From the NCBI GenBank assembly GCA_040437565.1, contig JBDOQK010000015.1, positions 310,001-374,000 of the forward strand: a stretch of DNA of 64,000 nucleotides, written 5' to 3'. Position numbers and translations under genes: made by a program. The notes beneath the pieces were generated by a model. It had not been told where the DNA came from. It searched no databases and worked only from the letters and a program-made list of their open reading frames with translations. Shown in pieces: positions 33,742 through 46,177 of this stretch; position 1 is the stretch's first letter; each line of letters starts with the position of its first letter. Source of the stretch: Albugo candida (taxonomy: Eukaryota).

Positions 33742-36700
33742 ATGAAGACTGAAGATGACCTCTACTATGATGCGATTCCGATGCTCGATGCTTCGCAAAG
33801 ACACACTGGCAAGGTCATCAAAGTTTGTACGCACGCAATAGAAGCTCTTCATAGATCTCCACATAAGAAAAATCGACGTAAGAAAAACAATCTTATAGGG
33901 AATGAGGCAATAGATACNNNNNNNNNNNNNNNNNNNNNNNNNNNNNNNNNNNNNNNNNNNNNNNNNNNNNNNNNNNNNNNNNNNNNNNNNNNNNNNNNNN
34001 NNNNNNNNNNNNNNNNNCAATAGATACAGATCACAAAAAGTCAAGGCAGTATTGCCAAAGTTTTTTCAAGACTTTCGACGACGACATTTTGGCGACGAAC
34101 AAGCACTCTAGAATGCTCAATGCTATCAAACGTAGAGAAATGCATGGAAACTTTGACGCTAAAAACAAAAAGCTGGTAGATACGCAATTCACCGGGCAGT
34201 CCGTGCCTCAAGCCCAATACAACAGCGAGATATATTCTCCTAGAAAACTGCCTTTTTCTTTCAGCACATGGAATGTTTTGTATGCTGGAGTGCTACAAAA
34301 ACAAGGCTCCTGGCGACAAAATTGGAAACGTGTTCGTAATTTGTTTCTTGAAAGAGTTGATTCGTCTTATATCTGATTTTTATTTTCTAATAGCGATATT
34401 TTATTCTTCGCAATAATCTTCCGAGTCTGTGTTATTACAAATCGAAGGAAAAACTAGATTTGCTGGGGTACACACTTATCAGTCGTGACACTCTTGTTTT
34501 GGACCGATCTAGCAAAACGCAAGAAGGTACCTTCCAGTTTCGCTTTCAAGTTCGAGGAGAAAATCGAAGTCTAGCCTTAAAGACCGATAGTACAGAAAAT
34601 CTCACGCGTTGGATCAGCAGTGTGCAGAAACTTGTAGACAGAGTGAGAGAAGCCCACTTTCGACCGACAGTGCAATCTACTCATCTCGAGACACTTGCAA
34701 CGGATGGGACTGAACCTGCACATACATTAGACGCTGAACAAGATCTGAGGAATGAAGAGTCTCGTGAAGGCACAGAACACCAACAGCTCCCAGAGAATCA
34801 CGAACTGCTCACAAAAATGATTGAAAATGATGCTTGTGATCGAGTGAGAGGAGATAAATTGCTGGGAACCAAATCCTCGAAAAGTGGATTGTATCAAAGT
34901 CTAGAAAAGAAAGGAACCGCATTGAGTCGCCAGATCAACATGTACCGCCTTAAGAAACGAGCTAGTTCTGGAGAAAAAGATGTTTGCGTGGACATACTTC
35001 TAGGATCGCGATGTCAATTTCTTCTAACGGATGTCCGCAATGATAAGACAGCATGTTTTGTCAAATTAGTCGGAGTTTTACACGCTTCTAATGCGAGCGA
35101 AGAAATTGCCGTCACTGATGCTGTACAGCTTGTTTCAGCAGAACCCACCTATATCAAGAAAACTTCGGGTATCACGATCTCACAAAATTCATTTTCCGGC
35201 AATGTTGTGCGCTTATCGTTTTCCCTAGTGGTCTCTTGCGACTTACAAATGTATCGTTATGTCAAAGCGATCGTCTACCGCTGTTTTATCAATCAGAATG
35301 TTGAATTATCTCAACAGTGTATTGGTGCTGGAACCGGTATGGTTATAAACTCGTGCGCATTGGCTATCCCAATTGCTGAGTCGTCAACATGTCATGAAGC
35401 CCTCGAAATCGGGAAAAAATTCCGAGTAGATTCGTACAACACTCCCTCATCATGTAACAATGTAAAGATTGTACCTTTCAAGGAAGATAGCATGCAAGTC
35501 TATCTACATTCCTTCCCAGCCCATCTTTCACAAAATATCCTTCCTACATCCGGTAGAAGTGTGGCTTACATGAAGTATCGATTTTTGGCTCGGGTGGTCT
35601 CCACAGCAGACTCAAAGTATATGCTCGAAGAAGCACAGACTCCGATGGAAAAGCTGAGGCGATCCTATAATTTGTTGGAGTGGTCTCGATCACTTGATGG
35701 CTTGCATATTCCTTCTGATAAGCGCATGTGCGCGATTGAAGAGATTCTTCGAACTCCTCATAGCACATTTGGTCTACCCGTTGCGTTCTTGGATTACTTG
35801 GAAACCAAAGTGCTTGAGAACACACGAGCTATTCGAGTGTTGTTGATGGATACACGGAATCAAACCGGACATGCTCAATCGCTTCTGAAATATGAACTCT
35901 GTTATCATGAGATGAAGGAGAAGGAATACGTCCAGCAGCGCCAGTTTCTATTGAAACAGGAAAAGCAGCTGATGAAAGATGACCAAGGGCGATCAGTCAT
36001 GAAGACGTTGAGAATCGGTACTCCATCCATAACAGCAAAAAATCACAAAAGTGCAATATTCAAAAGAAGCGTATATCGGAATATAACAGAATGGCAGTTT
36101 GTTCCGACCAATATGCAGAATCAGTACATGTGTCTGTATCAAACGCCAGAGATCCGGAAGGCTGGTGAGGAGGAGGCAAGTCAGCAGCAAGACTCTGACT
36201 TGTGTCTGGTATGGCACACTATGACAATGGGTTGCCCAGCTGCTCACACAAAAGGGTTCTCCGTTCATGGCAATTGGTCCGAAGTGCTAAAACAAGCGCC
36301 GCCCAAACGCATTGTTCGCACTTTTTTGGGCAGTGATTCAACTCAAAGAGATGATGCTGTAACACATGATACTTGCACCCATGATCGGAACTCTCTCAAC
36401 TTAGCATTAGCAGGACCTACTTTGTTTTCGAGCAAAACAGCGGAAGAATCCATGACCGAGCTGAAGCATCGTCTGGAGATCAGAGAGCGGCTTCATATTG
36501 TAAGTTGTCAAATTTTGTCGGCTGCAGTGGCCAATATTCTGGCGTCCTTGGACTTGGCTGTATTGGGTAGTCAATATCATCAGATGCAATTAAATAACGC
36601 CTGTGACTTTGGATACCTTCTTAGCTTTGAGTCTCTGCTCAGCACGAAAGGCAAAGAAACCGGAATGCTGGAAGATTTCTCGGCCGCTGTCAAATGGTTA

Positions 36701-37495
36701 CGCAACGTGCATGTCCAATTTCGAAAGCATTATTCTTCTGGCAATACGTTTACTGTTCGAGATCACACATCTCTGAAAGACTCGCGCTGTGCGATAGAAG
36801 CGTTGGGGGTCCTCCCTGTTGCATACACTCGCGAACAAATTGGGAAGAGTAGTCAAAGGTCAATTATGGTCACCATTGGGATTTCCATGGAGCAAATGAA
36901 GGTATTGCCACTGGAACTAAGACAATGTGCTTCATTCCGTCTTCGTGCCGTGTTGTTTACGCAAGGAATCAATGAGAATCAATCGCTGGCAAACACCATC
37001 AAGTCGAGTGCTGTGAAACTGCAAGAGAAAATAAATCAGGAAAATTTATTGGAACTGCGTTATATATACATTCGGTATCGTCGGCTGCATGATGATACAT
37101 CTGCGCATTCATTCCAGGCCATGGACCTTCTACTGAGTCGAATTCAGAAGCATGTTGCGACCTCTTCCAATCATTACAGAAAAACATTCGATCTACTCAT
37201 CGACACATCAGATTTTTGTCGTGAGCTGGGAGCGGCGCGTGTCACAAGCTGTAAAAGCGGCAAAGATCGAACAGCGATGTCAGTGACTATGGAACAGACT
37301 CGGATTTGCGAAAAGGAACTACATGCTGTGAACCCGAAATTGCTCTGTCATAATATGCGACTCTATGGAGTACGTAGGAAGAATGTTTTCATGAATATTG
37401 GAACGTGGAGCTTTGCATTCAATGAGATGCAACGTAAATTGCTTCCGGATTGCTATAAACCACCTGCTGGATCGTATAAATCTGGGAAGACGTAA
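33742..37495 (+). CDS. PH-domain inositol polyphosphate 4-phosphatase (INPP4-like)
   Basis: PH motif GVLQKQGSWRQNWKR/RYFILR (intron about 34332-34393), FVPTNMQNQ, MGCPAAH, FESLLSTKGKETGMLED, VLFTQGINE and catalytic CKSGKDRT. Collapsing the 10-nt overlap CAATAGATAC at gap 33918-34017 restores the frame from ATG 33742. Confidence 0.9.
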
Positions 37496-37568
37496 ATGAT
37501 ATATTAGAGGTAGATTACTTTTATGTGAATATTATATTACAAAGCTATCAAGGTCAAGTTGCAAAACA

Positions 37569-38364
37569 ATGAAAGGCAAGGCGTCCGCGGGTCTTAAAGA
37601 CGCAGATATCCAGCGAGAAACGCAATTGCAAGCAGTGATTTTTGCAGAGTTTGGCACGGATTCGTTTCTCCCAATCACTTTAGAAAAGCCAAAAGTTTTG
37701 ATACCCGTAGCCAATGTGCCAATGATCGAATACGCGATGGAAGCCTTAGTCAGCTCTGGCGTACAGGAAATCATCGTATTCTGTTCGCAACATTATGCAT
37801 CCATTAAAAGCTATATAGATGAAGTATCTCGCATTTCCAAACAGATAAGCGTTCGATGTATCACGAGCTGTAATTGTCTTACTGTCGGCGATGCTTTACG
37901 CGATATCGATCAACAGCAGCTGATTCAGTCAGATCCTTTTATTCTGATGAGCGGTGACGTCATCACCAACATTAATTTGAAGACTGCTATCGCGAATCAT
38001 CAAAAAATTAAAAAAACGGATCCGCATTGCATTATGACATCCATTTTCAAGGTGGTTCCATCTACTTTTCATCCGAGAAGCTCTTTCAACAACACAAATA
38101 TTCGTGCGTATGATGATGAGCTCGTAGTTGGACTGAATAGCGATACCAAGCAGCTTATTATGTACCAGAACGATCCGAAAAGTTCGGGCATGGGCCTAGC
38201 TACTGATATTATGGTAAAACACGAATCATTGTCAATCCGATCCGATCTCATGGACTGTTATATCGATATTTGTTCTCCAGAAGTACTGCTGAAATTTACG
38301 GAAAACTTTGATTATGGTGATATTCGACAAGATTTTCTCCATAATGAGGTTCAAAATTACGAGT
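37569..38364 (+). CDS. EIF2B5: eIF2B epsilon subunit, copy A (5' part, truncated by gap)
   Basis: LQAVIFAE...FLPITLEKPKVLIPVANVPMIEY, VGDALRDID, FILMSGDVITN and DCYIDICSPEVL; open until gap 38365. Confidence 0.9.
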
Positions 38365-38621
38365 NNNNNNNNNNNNNNNNNNNNNNNNNNNNNNNNNNNN
38401 NNNNNNNNNNNNNNNNNNNNNNNNNNNNNNNNNNNNNNNNNNNNNNNNNNNNNNNNNNNNNNNNGTGGGAAGAATGTTTTCATGAATATTGGAGCGTGGA
38501 GTTTTGCATTTAATGAAATGCAACGTAAATTGCTTCCGGATTGCTATAAACCACCTGCTGGATCGTATAAATCTGGACGTAAATGATATATCAGAGGTAG
38601 ATTACTTTATGTGAATATTAT

Positions 38622-40883
38622 ATGCAATCAAGGTCAGCTTGCAAAACAATGGAAGGCAAGGCGTCCGTAGGTCTCAAAGACGCAGACGTCCAGCGAGAAA
38701 CGCAATTGCAAGCAGTGATTTTTGCAGAGTTTGGCACGGATCCGTTCCTCCCAATCACTTTAGAAAAGCCAAAAGTTTTTCTACCCGTAGCAAATGTGCC
38801 AATGATCGAATACGCGATGGAAGCCTTAGTCAGCTCTAGCGTACAGGAAATTATCGTATTCTGTTGGCAACATTATGCATCCATGAAAAGCTATATCGAT
38901 GACGTATCTCGCATTTCCAAACAGATAAGCGTTCGATGTATCACGAGCTGTAATTGTCTTACTGTTGGCGCTACTTTACGCGATATCGATCTACAGCAGC
39001 TGATTCAGTCATCTCCTTTTATTCTGATGAGCGGCGACGTCATCACCAATATTAATTTGAAGATTGCCATCGCGACTCATAAAAAAAAAACGGATCCGCA
39101 TTGCATCATGACATCCATTTTCAAGGTGGTTCCATCTACATTCCATCCGAGAAGCTCTTTCAACAACACAAATATTCGCGCGTATGATTATAAGGTCGTA
39201 CTTGGACTAAATAACGATACCAAGCAGCTTATTATGTAGCAGAACGATCCGAAAAGTTCGGGCATAGGCCTAGCTACTGATATTATGGTACAACAGGAAT
39301 CATTGGCAATCCGATCCGATCTCATGGACTGTTATATCGATATTTGTTCTCCAGAAGTACTGCTGAAATTTGCGGAAAACTTTGATTATGGTGATATTCG
39401 ACAAGATTTTCTCCATAATGAGGTTCAAAATTACGAGTTGGGCGACAACTTTTTTGCATATATTGACGAAAGGGACTCATTTGCTAGCCGCATTGTTGAC
39501 CCAAGAACATATAGTGGTGTCACCCACGCAATATTGCAGCGATGGGTCTATCCATTGGTCCCGGATAATAACTATCTCAGTCCGAATGATACAAATTACA
39601 GCTACCACCGCAATTTTATTTATAGAGATGAGAATGTCAAAGTGCCGCGATCCAGCTGCATTGACCGAGAATCGATTATTGGGAGTGACACGTGCTTTGG
39701 AGAGAATTGTTACGTGAGTAAGAGCAGCATTGGACCCAGTTGTACCATTGACAACAACGTTCGGATTGAGAATAGCTTTTTGTGGGGTCATGTTCGGATT
39801 GAAGACAATGTAATTATCAAAAATTCGATCCTTTGTGACAATGTTTTGATATGTGAAGGATCGAATATTTTGAATGGAGGGATTCTCTCATTTGGTACCC
39901 GCATTGGGAATAATACAACTCTTGCATCATTTGTAAAAGTTACGACCCGCAAACAGTTGCGAGAAAGAAATTCCTCTGATTTTGGGAATGAAGCATTGCA
40001 AGAAAGCGAGTCTAAAAATGCTCTCCAAAAGGACGACGTCTTAAAATGGGATCCCCAGGAAGTTGGAGAGAATGGAATAGGCCGAATTTGGTCACTAGCG
40101 GAGAATCAGTTCGAGGTTGATCCCGAAGACTATAGCGACCACGAAAATTTGGAAGAAGCGAAGCGTAGAATAGTGAATTTACAACTCGTAAAACTGAAAG
40201 CTTCTATGATCGGTGCTGACGACTTGGTCACCGAGCGAACGAAGAAATGGAACGAGTGGGAAACTCGGAGTCTTGAAGAAGATGATGATGAACTAGAAGA
40301 TCTACCTGACGGATTCACGACGAAAAATCCTTCGTTTGAGCGTATCTTGCATGATTTGATTATCACTGGTGATCGAGAAGGCCACGATATAGACGATTTA
40401 TTTATGGAAATTAAGAGCTGCAAATTTGCACACAATAGCACTTTTGCGGACGTTATCCATGCATTGATTTCAGCTCTACTGGATTCGGTCGAACTAAATG
40501 AGAATGAGATCTGTATAATTTTGGAGAATGTACGCTCTAAGTTCGAGAAATGGCACAGCGTGGTAGAGCGCTGTTTATTGGACGATTGCGATCAATTTGC
40601 GGCCTTAGAAGCGCTCGAGAAGTATGCCATTGATCCGCTCCATTCCATAAAATGGAAGAAATGGTTTCGATACCTCCTTCAAATTGTGTATGAGCGAGAG
40701 TGGTGCTCGGAGAATGTGATATTGGAGTGGTACAAGTCTCGAGAAGACTCTTCAGCCGACTCCAAAGTGCTTGAATTAGTGCATGATGACAAAGTAGTGG
40801 AATTTATCGAATGGCTCAGAGATGTGGACGAAGCTAGTGAGAGTGATGGAAGCAGCGATGGAAGCGGGGCAGATGCGGGATGA
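38622..40883 (+). pseudogene. EIF2B5: eIF2B epsilon copy B, full length but interrupted by in-frame TAG at 39237-39239
   Basis: Diverged copy of 37569-38364 with TAC>TAG. The downstream frame (39285-40883) carries hexapeptide (LbH) repeats and a W2/HEAT domain (YEREWCSENVILEWY, FIEWL). Confidence 0.7.
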
Positions 40884-41092
40884 AGATATAGGATCGTCCA
40901 TGCTCTGACAGCCGAAGATTGTGTGTNNNNNNNNNNNNNNNNNNNNNNNNNNNNNNNNNNNNNNNNNNNNNNNNNNNNNNNNNNNNNNNNNNNNNNNNNN
41001 NNNNNNNNNNNNNNNNNNNNNNNNNNGAAGCGGGGCAGATGCGGGATGAAGATATAGGATCGTCCATGCTCTGACAGCCGAAGATTGTGTGT
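40861..41092. repeat. Exact 66-bp overlap 40861-40926 / 41027-41092 around 100-N gap
   Basis: GAAGCGGGGCAGATG...GATTGTGTGT is repeated on both sides of the gap. Confidence 0.9.
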
Positions 41093-41250
41093 TTACACAC
41101 GTTAGGATGGCTCGATATAGAACAAAAATAAAAGTAAGCAATGACTATCATACTTACCTAATTGAATTTTTCGCTTAAGTTCAAATCCGCGTAGAAGTGA
41201 CAAAATTCGACAATAGTGGAGCATCAGTAGCGTTTCGAGCTTGTTCCGAG

Positions 41251-42000
41251 ATGAATTGGTCAGCTTCGGTCTCGCTAAATTCTTCCCGAGCGAGATCGTA
41301 TGGGTCGATGTCCAACTGTTCGACCCAAGCAGCATCACTGAGTCAAATACCCGAGAATCATTGTGTCCTACAATTTACGTCGCCTAAAATTAAGTACAAT
41401 GAGAAAGTGTACGCTAAATGGAACTCGGTCGTGCATCCGACGAAGGTGACTGAAAGTCCAGAGGATGAAATTTCTGTAACTGGTATACAGCTTGCTCAGC
41501 CACTCATCTGGACACAGGCCTACAGCAAGCAATACACCCAATGCAATCCTCCATCCTCAAACATGAATGGGATTCCCTGGGCAAAACATGGGTCACCACA
41601 GGATTCCATGGGCAAAATGGCGGAAACTGAAAGCAGTAATGATCAAGAAAACTATCCAATCACTCCGATTGAAAACTATTCGCCAAATTATTGGATGCAG
41701 CAGCGAGAGAATCTTCGAGCGCAAAGAGAAACTACGAATCGACAACGTGCATTGTCTCGAGTGGGATGCTGCTCTTCAATAGCTGTAACCAGCGCGAACA
41801 TGTCACGAAAACGACAGACTATGGCGCTCGTATTCGGTCTCCCAATCATCTCGCTCTCGATCTATCTCCTTGTTCTATTGTTTAACCGCTCAGCTTTGCC
41901 GCTGACACTGTACACGCGCTATGTGCAAACGGCTGCGTCAAGCACTTGGAGAGCCTCATCAAATTATAATTATATCAAGAAAAGAGAATCCAAGATCTGA
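41251..42000 (+). CDS. Hypothetical protein with C-terminal transmembrane segment
   Basis: Long ORF (ATG 41251) with hydrophobic MALVFGLPIISLSIYLLVLLF; no recognised domain. Confidence 0.5.
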   Translation: MNWSASVSLNSSRARSYGSMSNCSTQAASLSQIPENHCVLQFTSPKIKYNEKVYAKWNSVVHPTKVTESPEDEISVTGIQLAQPLIWTQAYSKQYTQCNPPSSNMNGIPWAKHGSPQDSMGKMAETESSNDQENYPITPIENYSPNYWMQQRENLRAQRETTNRQRALSRVGCCSSIAVTSANMSRKRQTMALVFGLPIISLSIYLLVLLFNRSALPLTLYTRYVQTAASSTWRASSNYNYIKKRESKI

Positions 42001-42404
42001 TACCATATTGCAAATATTTCAGCATGGAGAGCCAGCAATCTCCCTTTTTGAGAAAGACCACAATGCCTCATCAATTTTCATTGAGAAAAGTAGTATGCGC
42101 GTGTTATTGTCCGAGTCAAATGATGTATCACCAATAAAATTCGATTTATCAAAAATGACGCATAGTATCAGGTATCAAACATTACAATTGTATGCGATTT
42201 GAAGATGTATGCATACACTTAACGATAGTGGAATAGAAAAGCATCATGCTCTCCCTTTTGCAATCGATTTCTATGCACACTTTTTTCTACCAATCTGAAA
42301 CTCACAACATATATCCGCGTTTTTTCTGCTCGCACGCACGCAATTGAAATCGCACATCGAGCATTTGTTCGTGTCAGCAAAGTTTAACTTGCACACGTTG
42401 AGAG

Positions 42405-44344
42405 ATGTATTCGTCCTACTGGATGCCGAAAAACGGAAGGGAGTCCACTTCACTCTTGGACCATGACGCATTGAGGCGCGATGAAGCTACCCACAGATCG
42501 ATTCAGTCTGAAGAAACGCAATTACGACGAATCGACTTGGAAACCATCATGTCCTCGAAAGCAGCGGTCAAGTATTGGTATCTCCATCGTCCTAAAACAA
42601 TGGAATGTGTACACAGAAATGCAGTCAAAATTCAGTCTATTGGACGCTCATTCGCTGTCCGTCAGCTCATCAAAAAATATGGTATCGCGTACACTGTGGA
42701 ACTTGCCAAAGCGGACGCAAAGAAAAAACATGAGGAGCGGATGGCTGAGCTATCACCAGAAGATCGAGAAGCTACAGAACGACACATTGTAGAATATGAA
42801 GAGCGTGTCGCTGAGGCTCGACGAAAAAGAAGAGAAGCGCTGCAAATCGAACAAGCTCAAGAAGAAGAGCGATTAGCAAAGCAAAAACTTCAGATGGAAG
42901 AGGTTTTGGCCGCTCAGAAGGAGAAAGAGCGACTGGAAGCTGAAGAACGCGCTCAACAAGATGCGATTCAGAGGGAATATGAACGCCTAAGGGCTGAGAA
43001 GGAAGAGGAAGAGCGTGTGAAAGCTTTAGAGCAACAGTAAGACATCAGCGATGGAATGATGTAGGGAGCTTATAAGTTTTTGTGTAGACGAATCATTGAT
43101 GTAGCAGCCGAACGCAGGCGATTAGAAGAGGAAGCAATTGAGATGGAGATTCTACGCAAGCAAGAAGAAGAAGAGCGGGAGCGAGAAGAGTACGAACGGC
43201 AGCAGAGAGAAGAAGAAGAAAGACTTGAACAAGAGCGATTGCGACGGGAAGAAGAAGAAAGACTAGAGCAAGAGCGACTCCAGCGTGATGAGGAGGAGAG
43301 GCTGGAACAAGAACGAATCAGGGAAGAGCAATTTGAGAAACTTGAGCTGCAGCGCATTGAACGCGAAGAGGAAAAAGAGCGAAAGGAACAAGAAGACAAT
43401 CGACGTCGGCAAGAATCTCAGCGTCGGATGTTTGAAAAGGAGATGGCTCGATTGGCGGTTGCGGAAGAAGCAGAACGCATCAGAATGGAAGAAATCAAAG
43501 CACTTCAATCAAAAAAATACAGCGAAGCGTACTCCAAAGATGTTCCAGTCGCAGTCCGGAATCTCGGTATTGGCCGCATAATTGATTATGATGGACAGAG
43601 TGATCAGTATCGGGTTCGCCTTGGCAAAGCCAACGGAAATCGTATAATCACCGTCCCATTCGATGATGTGAAGCTGGACGAAGATCGAATCTTATCACCA
43701 CGAACTCAGGTCGATACTCCTTTTGGAGTTGGCGAAGTTATTGGAATGGATCCTCATGTAGGCTGCTACGCGATCAACACGGAGATAAACGCCGCAGAAG
43801 GATCGCAAATTGTAGCTTTCGTGCAAGTACAAGATGTCGCTGTTTATGCAGAGGAAGTGGAAGAGCGAGCCATTGTTAATGAAGATCTACCACGTAAGCA
43901 CCTCGCTTCAGTCTATTGACTCTGTTCTCCCACTGACTTTTGCTCCTAGTTCCTGATGAAATCGGATTGCTGTCTGCTTCCGTTGTTGCTTCCAGAGTGA
44001 TTTCTAGAACGGGAAAAAAGTTTATTCAATACCAACTGGAGATCAAAACCAACAATTACGGAACGGTGTATTGCTGGAAGCGTTACAGCACCTTCCGTAC
44101 ACTCTGCGACCGACTTCACAAGGAAAATCGTATCAAACGAAAAGACATTCCCGAAATCCCTCCACGACAAATCATAGGCAACTTCTCGCCAAGCACCATC
44201 GAAGAACGAGCGCAGAAATTGAATCGATTTTTAGATGCAGCAGTCAAGGCAGAGCATTTACAATGGGGAATTCGAGTCGATGACCGTGTTGCTGTGTATA
44301 AAAGACGAGTTAGAAAAGCACCTGGTAATCGCCGCTTTTGGTAG
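42405..44344 (+). CDS. IQ motif + long E/R/K-rich helix + PX domain protein
   Basis: IQ motif AVKIQSIGRSFAVR, E/R/K-rich helix, and PX domain YQLEIKT...WKRYSTFRTL...PEIPPR...IEERAQKLNRFL. Introns about 43037-43087 and 43894-43949; the start may be 42549. Confidence 0.85.
43205..43325 (+). repeat. Coding tandem repeat, about 3 x 39 bp (EEEERLEQERLRR)
   Basis: EEEERLEQERLRR / EEEERLEQERLQR / DEEERLEQERIR. Confidence 0.8.
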
Positions 44345-44422
44345 ACATAGACTCGTGAAACTCGTAGAATGAGCATTGTACAAATATACGCAACAATTGG
44401 GCTGGTTTTTCATTGAATTCAA

Positions 44423-45766
44423 TCAACTTGCAAAGGCTGCAGCTGGCTCTTGTTCTTCCGAAACAAACTGATGCGCCTGCCACTTGGCCAGTTGCTCTTT
44501 ACGATATTGATCCACATGCTTTCGATTGTACTTGTAAAGTTTGTTTGTGTTGGAGCATGAGTCTACACATCCCGAGCAAATGGAATCATGACAAGGAACT
44601 TCATTTCGCGCACATTCGCAATACCGCGAGGAATGACAATTTTTTTCCTCGAAAGCCACTTTTTTCGCGAGTGCCATTAGTTCTGGTTTGCTCTGCTTGT
44701 TTGAGAAGGGAACCTCGTACAATTCAAGAAAACCGTGGAGTTTTTTCATATTCATCTTGGAAACTTTCTTGACCAGATCCCCACATGAACAACCACAGTC
44801 GTCTCTGGATTCTCGGATCGTTGTGAATTCATCCAGTTGCTTCACCGAAAGATACGAAAAATCCTCCGAATCGGAAGAATTGGATTCATTTTTCTCTTTC
44901 CTGTTTCGTCGTCTACGAGAAGAGTTATAATGATCTTCGGTTTCGTCTTGCTCGAATGATCCTTTTCTTACGACCTCGGTGAAAATTTTCTTTCTCTCCA
45001 ATTCAGTGAGTCTCATGAAAAGGGGGTTTCGTGCACCCCGACGATAATCGAATTGACGCGTCTCTCCTTGACGGACGTAATGGCGTTGTGTCTTCGATAG
45101 CTGTTTCGCTCGCGTTTGCAGCTCCTCTTGGCGTACTGCATCCATCTCTTGCACAAAACCAAGCCGCACGTCTCTAATCCGATCACCCAATCCCAAAGCC
45201 CATGATCCATCATAGGGAATAGCACCTCCACCACCCGGTAAGCGTTTGAATTCACGCGCAGAAACTGTCCCCCAAGTCACATGCTTTTGTGTACCAAAGG
45301 AGACGGATCGAGCTACAGGCAATTGACGGGCGATCTGAGTTGTGTGCAAACTTTTACTCCGCGTTTTTCCTGCAGCGTTTCTGGACGATAATTTGTCATT
45401 CTTTTCCCCATTGGATTTTTTTTTATTTCTCTTCTTTTTGCTTTTCAAAACCGCTTCAGAGCCTTTTACTGAGTCGTTCGCATCAGACACTTCGAATGTG
45501 GACTCAGTTCCAATTTCAGAATCCGTTTTTTGAGCTACTTGAGACACCTTCATCTCTTTCGCACGAGCGTGGGAGGATGGTACGCATTCTATCTGATGTT
45601 TTTTCCACGATAAACGCTGACAGATCTCATCGCAAAAATAAACTCGACGACATCCTCCACAGCGATTTCGAGCTACTTTGTTACAATGAAGGCAATACCG
45701 AATTTTCTTTCGTTGCGTATCATCACATTTTTTTGTAGTGGATTCGTCGTTCTGCTTCTTGCACAT
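44423..45766 (-). CDS. MYND zinc finger + CSRNP-like Cys-rich domain protein
   Basis: MYND CLHC...CGGCRRVYFCDEICQRLSWKKHQIEC; then HVTWGTVSAREF...AIPYDGSWALGL, IRESRDDCGCSC and CECARNEVPC...CSGC. Confidence 0.75.
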   Translation of the reverse strand: MCKKQNDESTTKKCDDTQRKKIRYCLHCNKVARNRCGGCRRVYFCDEICQRLSWKKHQIECVPSSHARAKEMKVSQVAQKTDSEIGTESTFEVSDANDSVKGSEAVLKSKKKRNKKKSNGEKNDKLSSRNAAGKTRSKSLHTTQIARQLPVARSVSFGTQKHVTWGTVSAREFKRLPGGGGAIPYDGSWALGLGDRIRDVRLGFVQEMDAVRQEELQTRAKQLSKTQRHYVRQGETRQFDYRRGARNPLFMRLTELERKKIFTEVVRKGSFEQDETEDHYNSSRRRRNRKEKNESNSSDSEDFSYLSVKQLDEFTTIRESRDDCGCSCGDLVKKVSKMNMKKLHGFLELYEVPFSNKQSKPELMALAKKVAFEEKNCHSSRYCECARNEVPCHDSICSGCVDSCSNTNKLYKYNRKHVDQYRKEQLAKWQAHQFVSEEQEPAAAFAS

Positions 45767-46177
45767 TGAGCTATCGAAGGTTGCGTTACCGATGCAATAG
45801 TATAATATCTACTCTATTAGAAGATTGCAGTGCGCACTATACACAATGACGCCGGAAATGATGATACTATACGTTTGTACTTTACGACTCTATTAATTAT
45901 GTGCGCGGAATGTCAAGCGGATAGTCCAATTTTTTTAGAGCGATTGAAGGTAGAATTGGCAGTATGGAATCATGCAACGTCGTCGTTTTGTAGCTAATTG
46001 TCAGAGGCTCAAGATCATGCCGTTCAGTCAGATTAGTGGCGTTTGCCAAAAACGCATTAATCAAGAGGCGTAGAGTGTATGTTATAGAGATTAAGTACTT
46101 AAGCGTGCTCTCTGACGGTAAAGAGCGCAAAAATCATGTCCTATTTACACGGATGCGTTCTAATGATAGCTACGAAT

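Noticed and set aside
39237-39245. Programmed stop-codon readthrough at TAG CAG in eIF2B-epsilon
   Set aside because: The context is simply inherited from TAC CAG in the other copy, and accompanying indels and radical substitutions favour decay.
43070-43399. Ser-rich antisense ORF
   Set aside because: Mirror of the GAA-rich Glu/Arg repeat on the plus strand.
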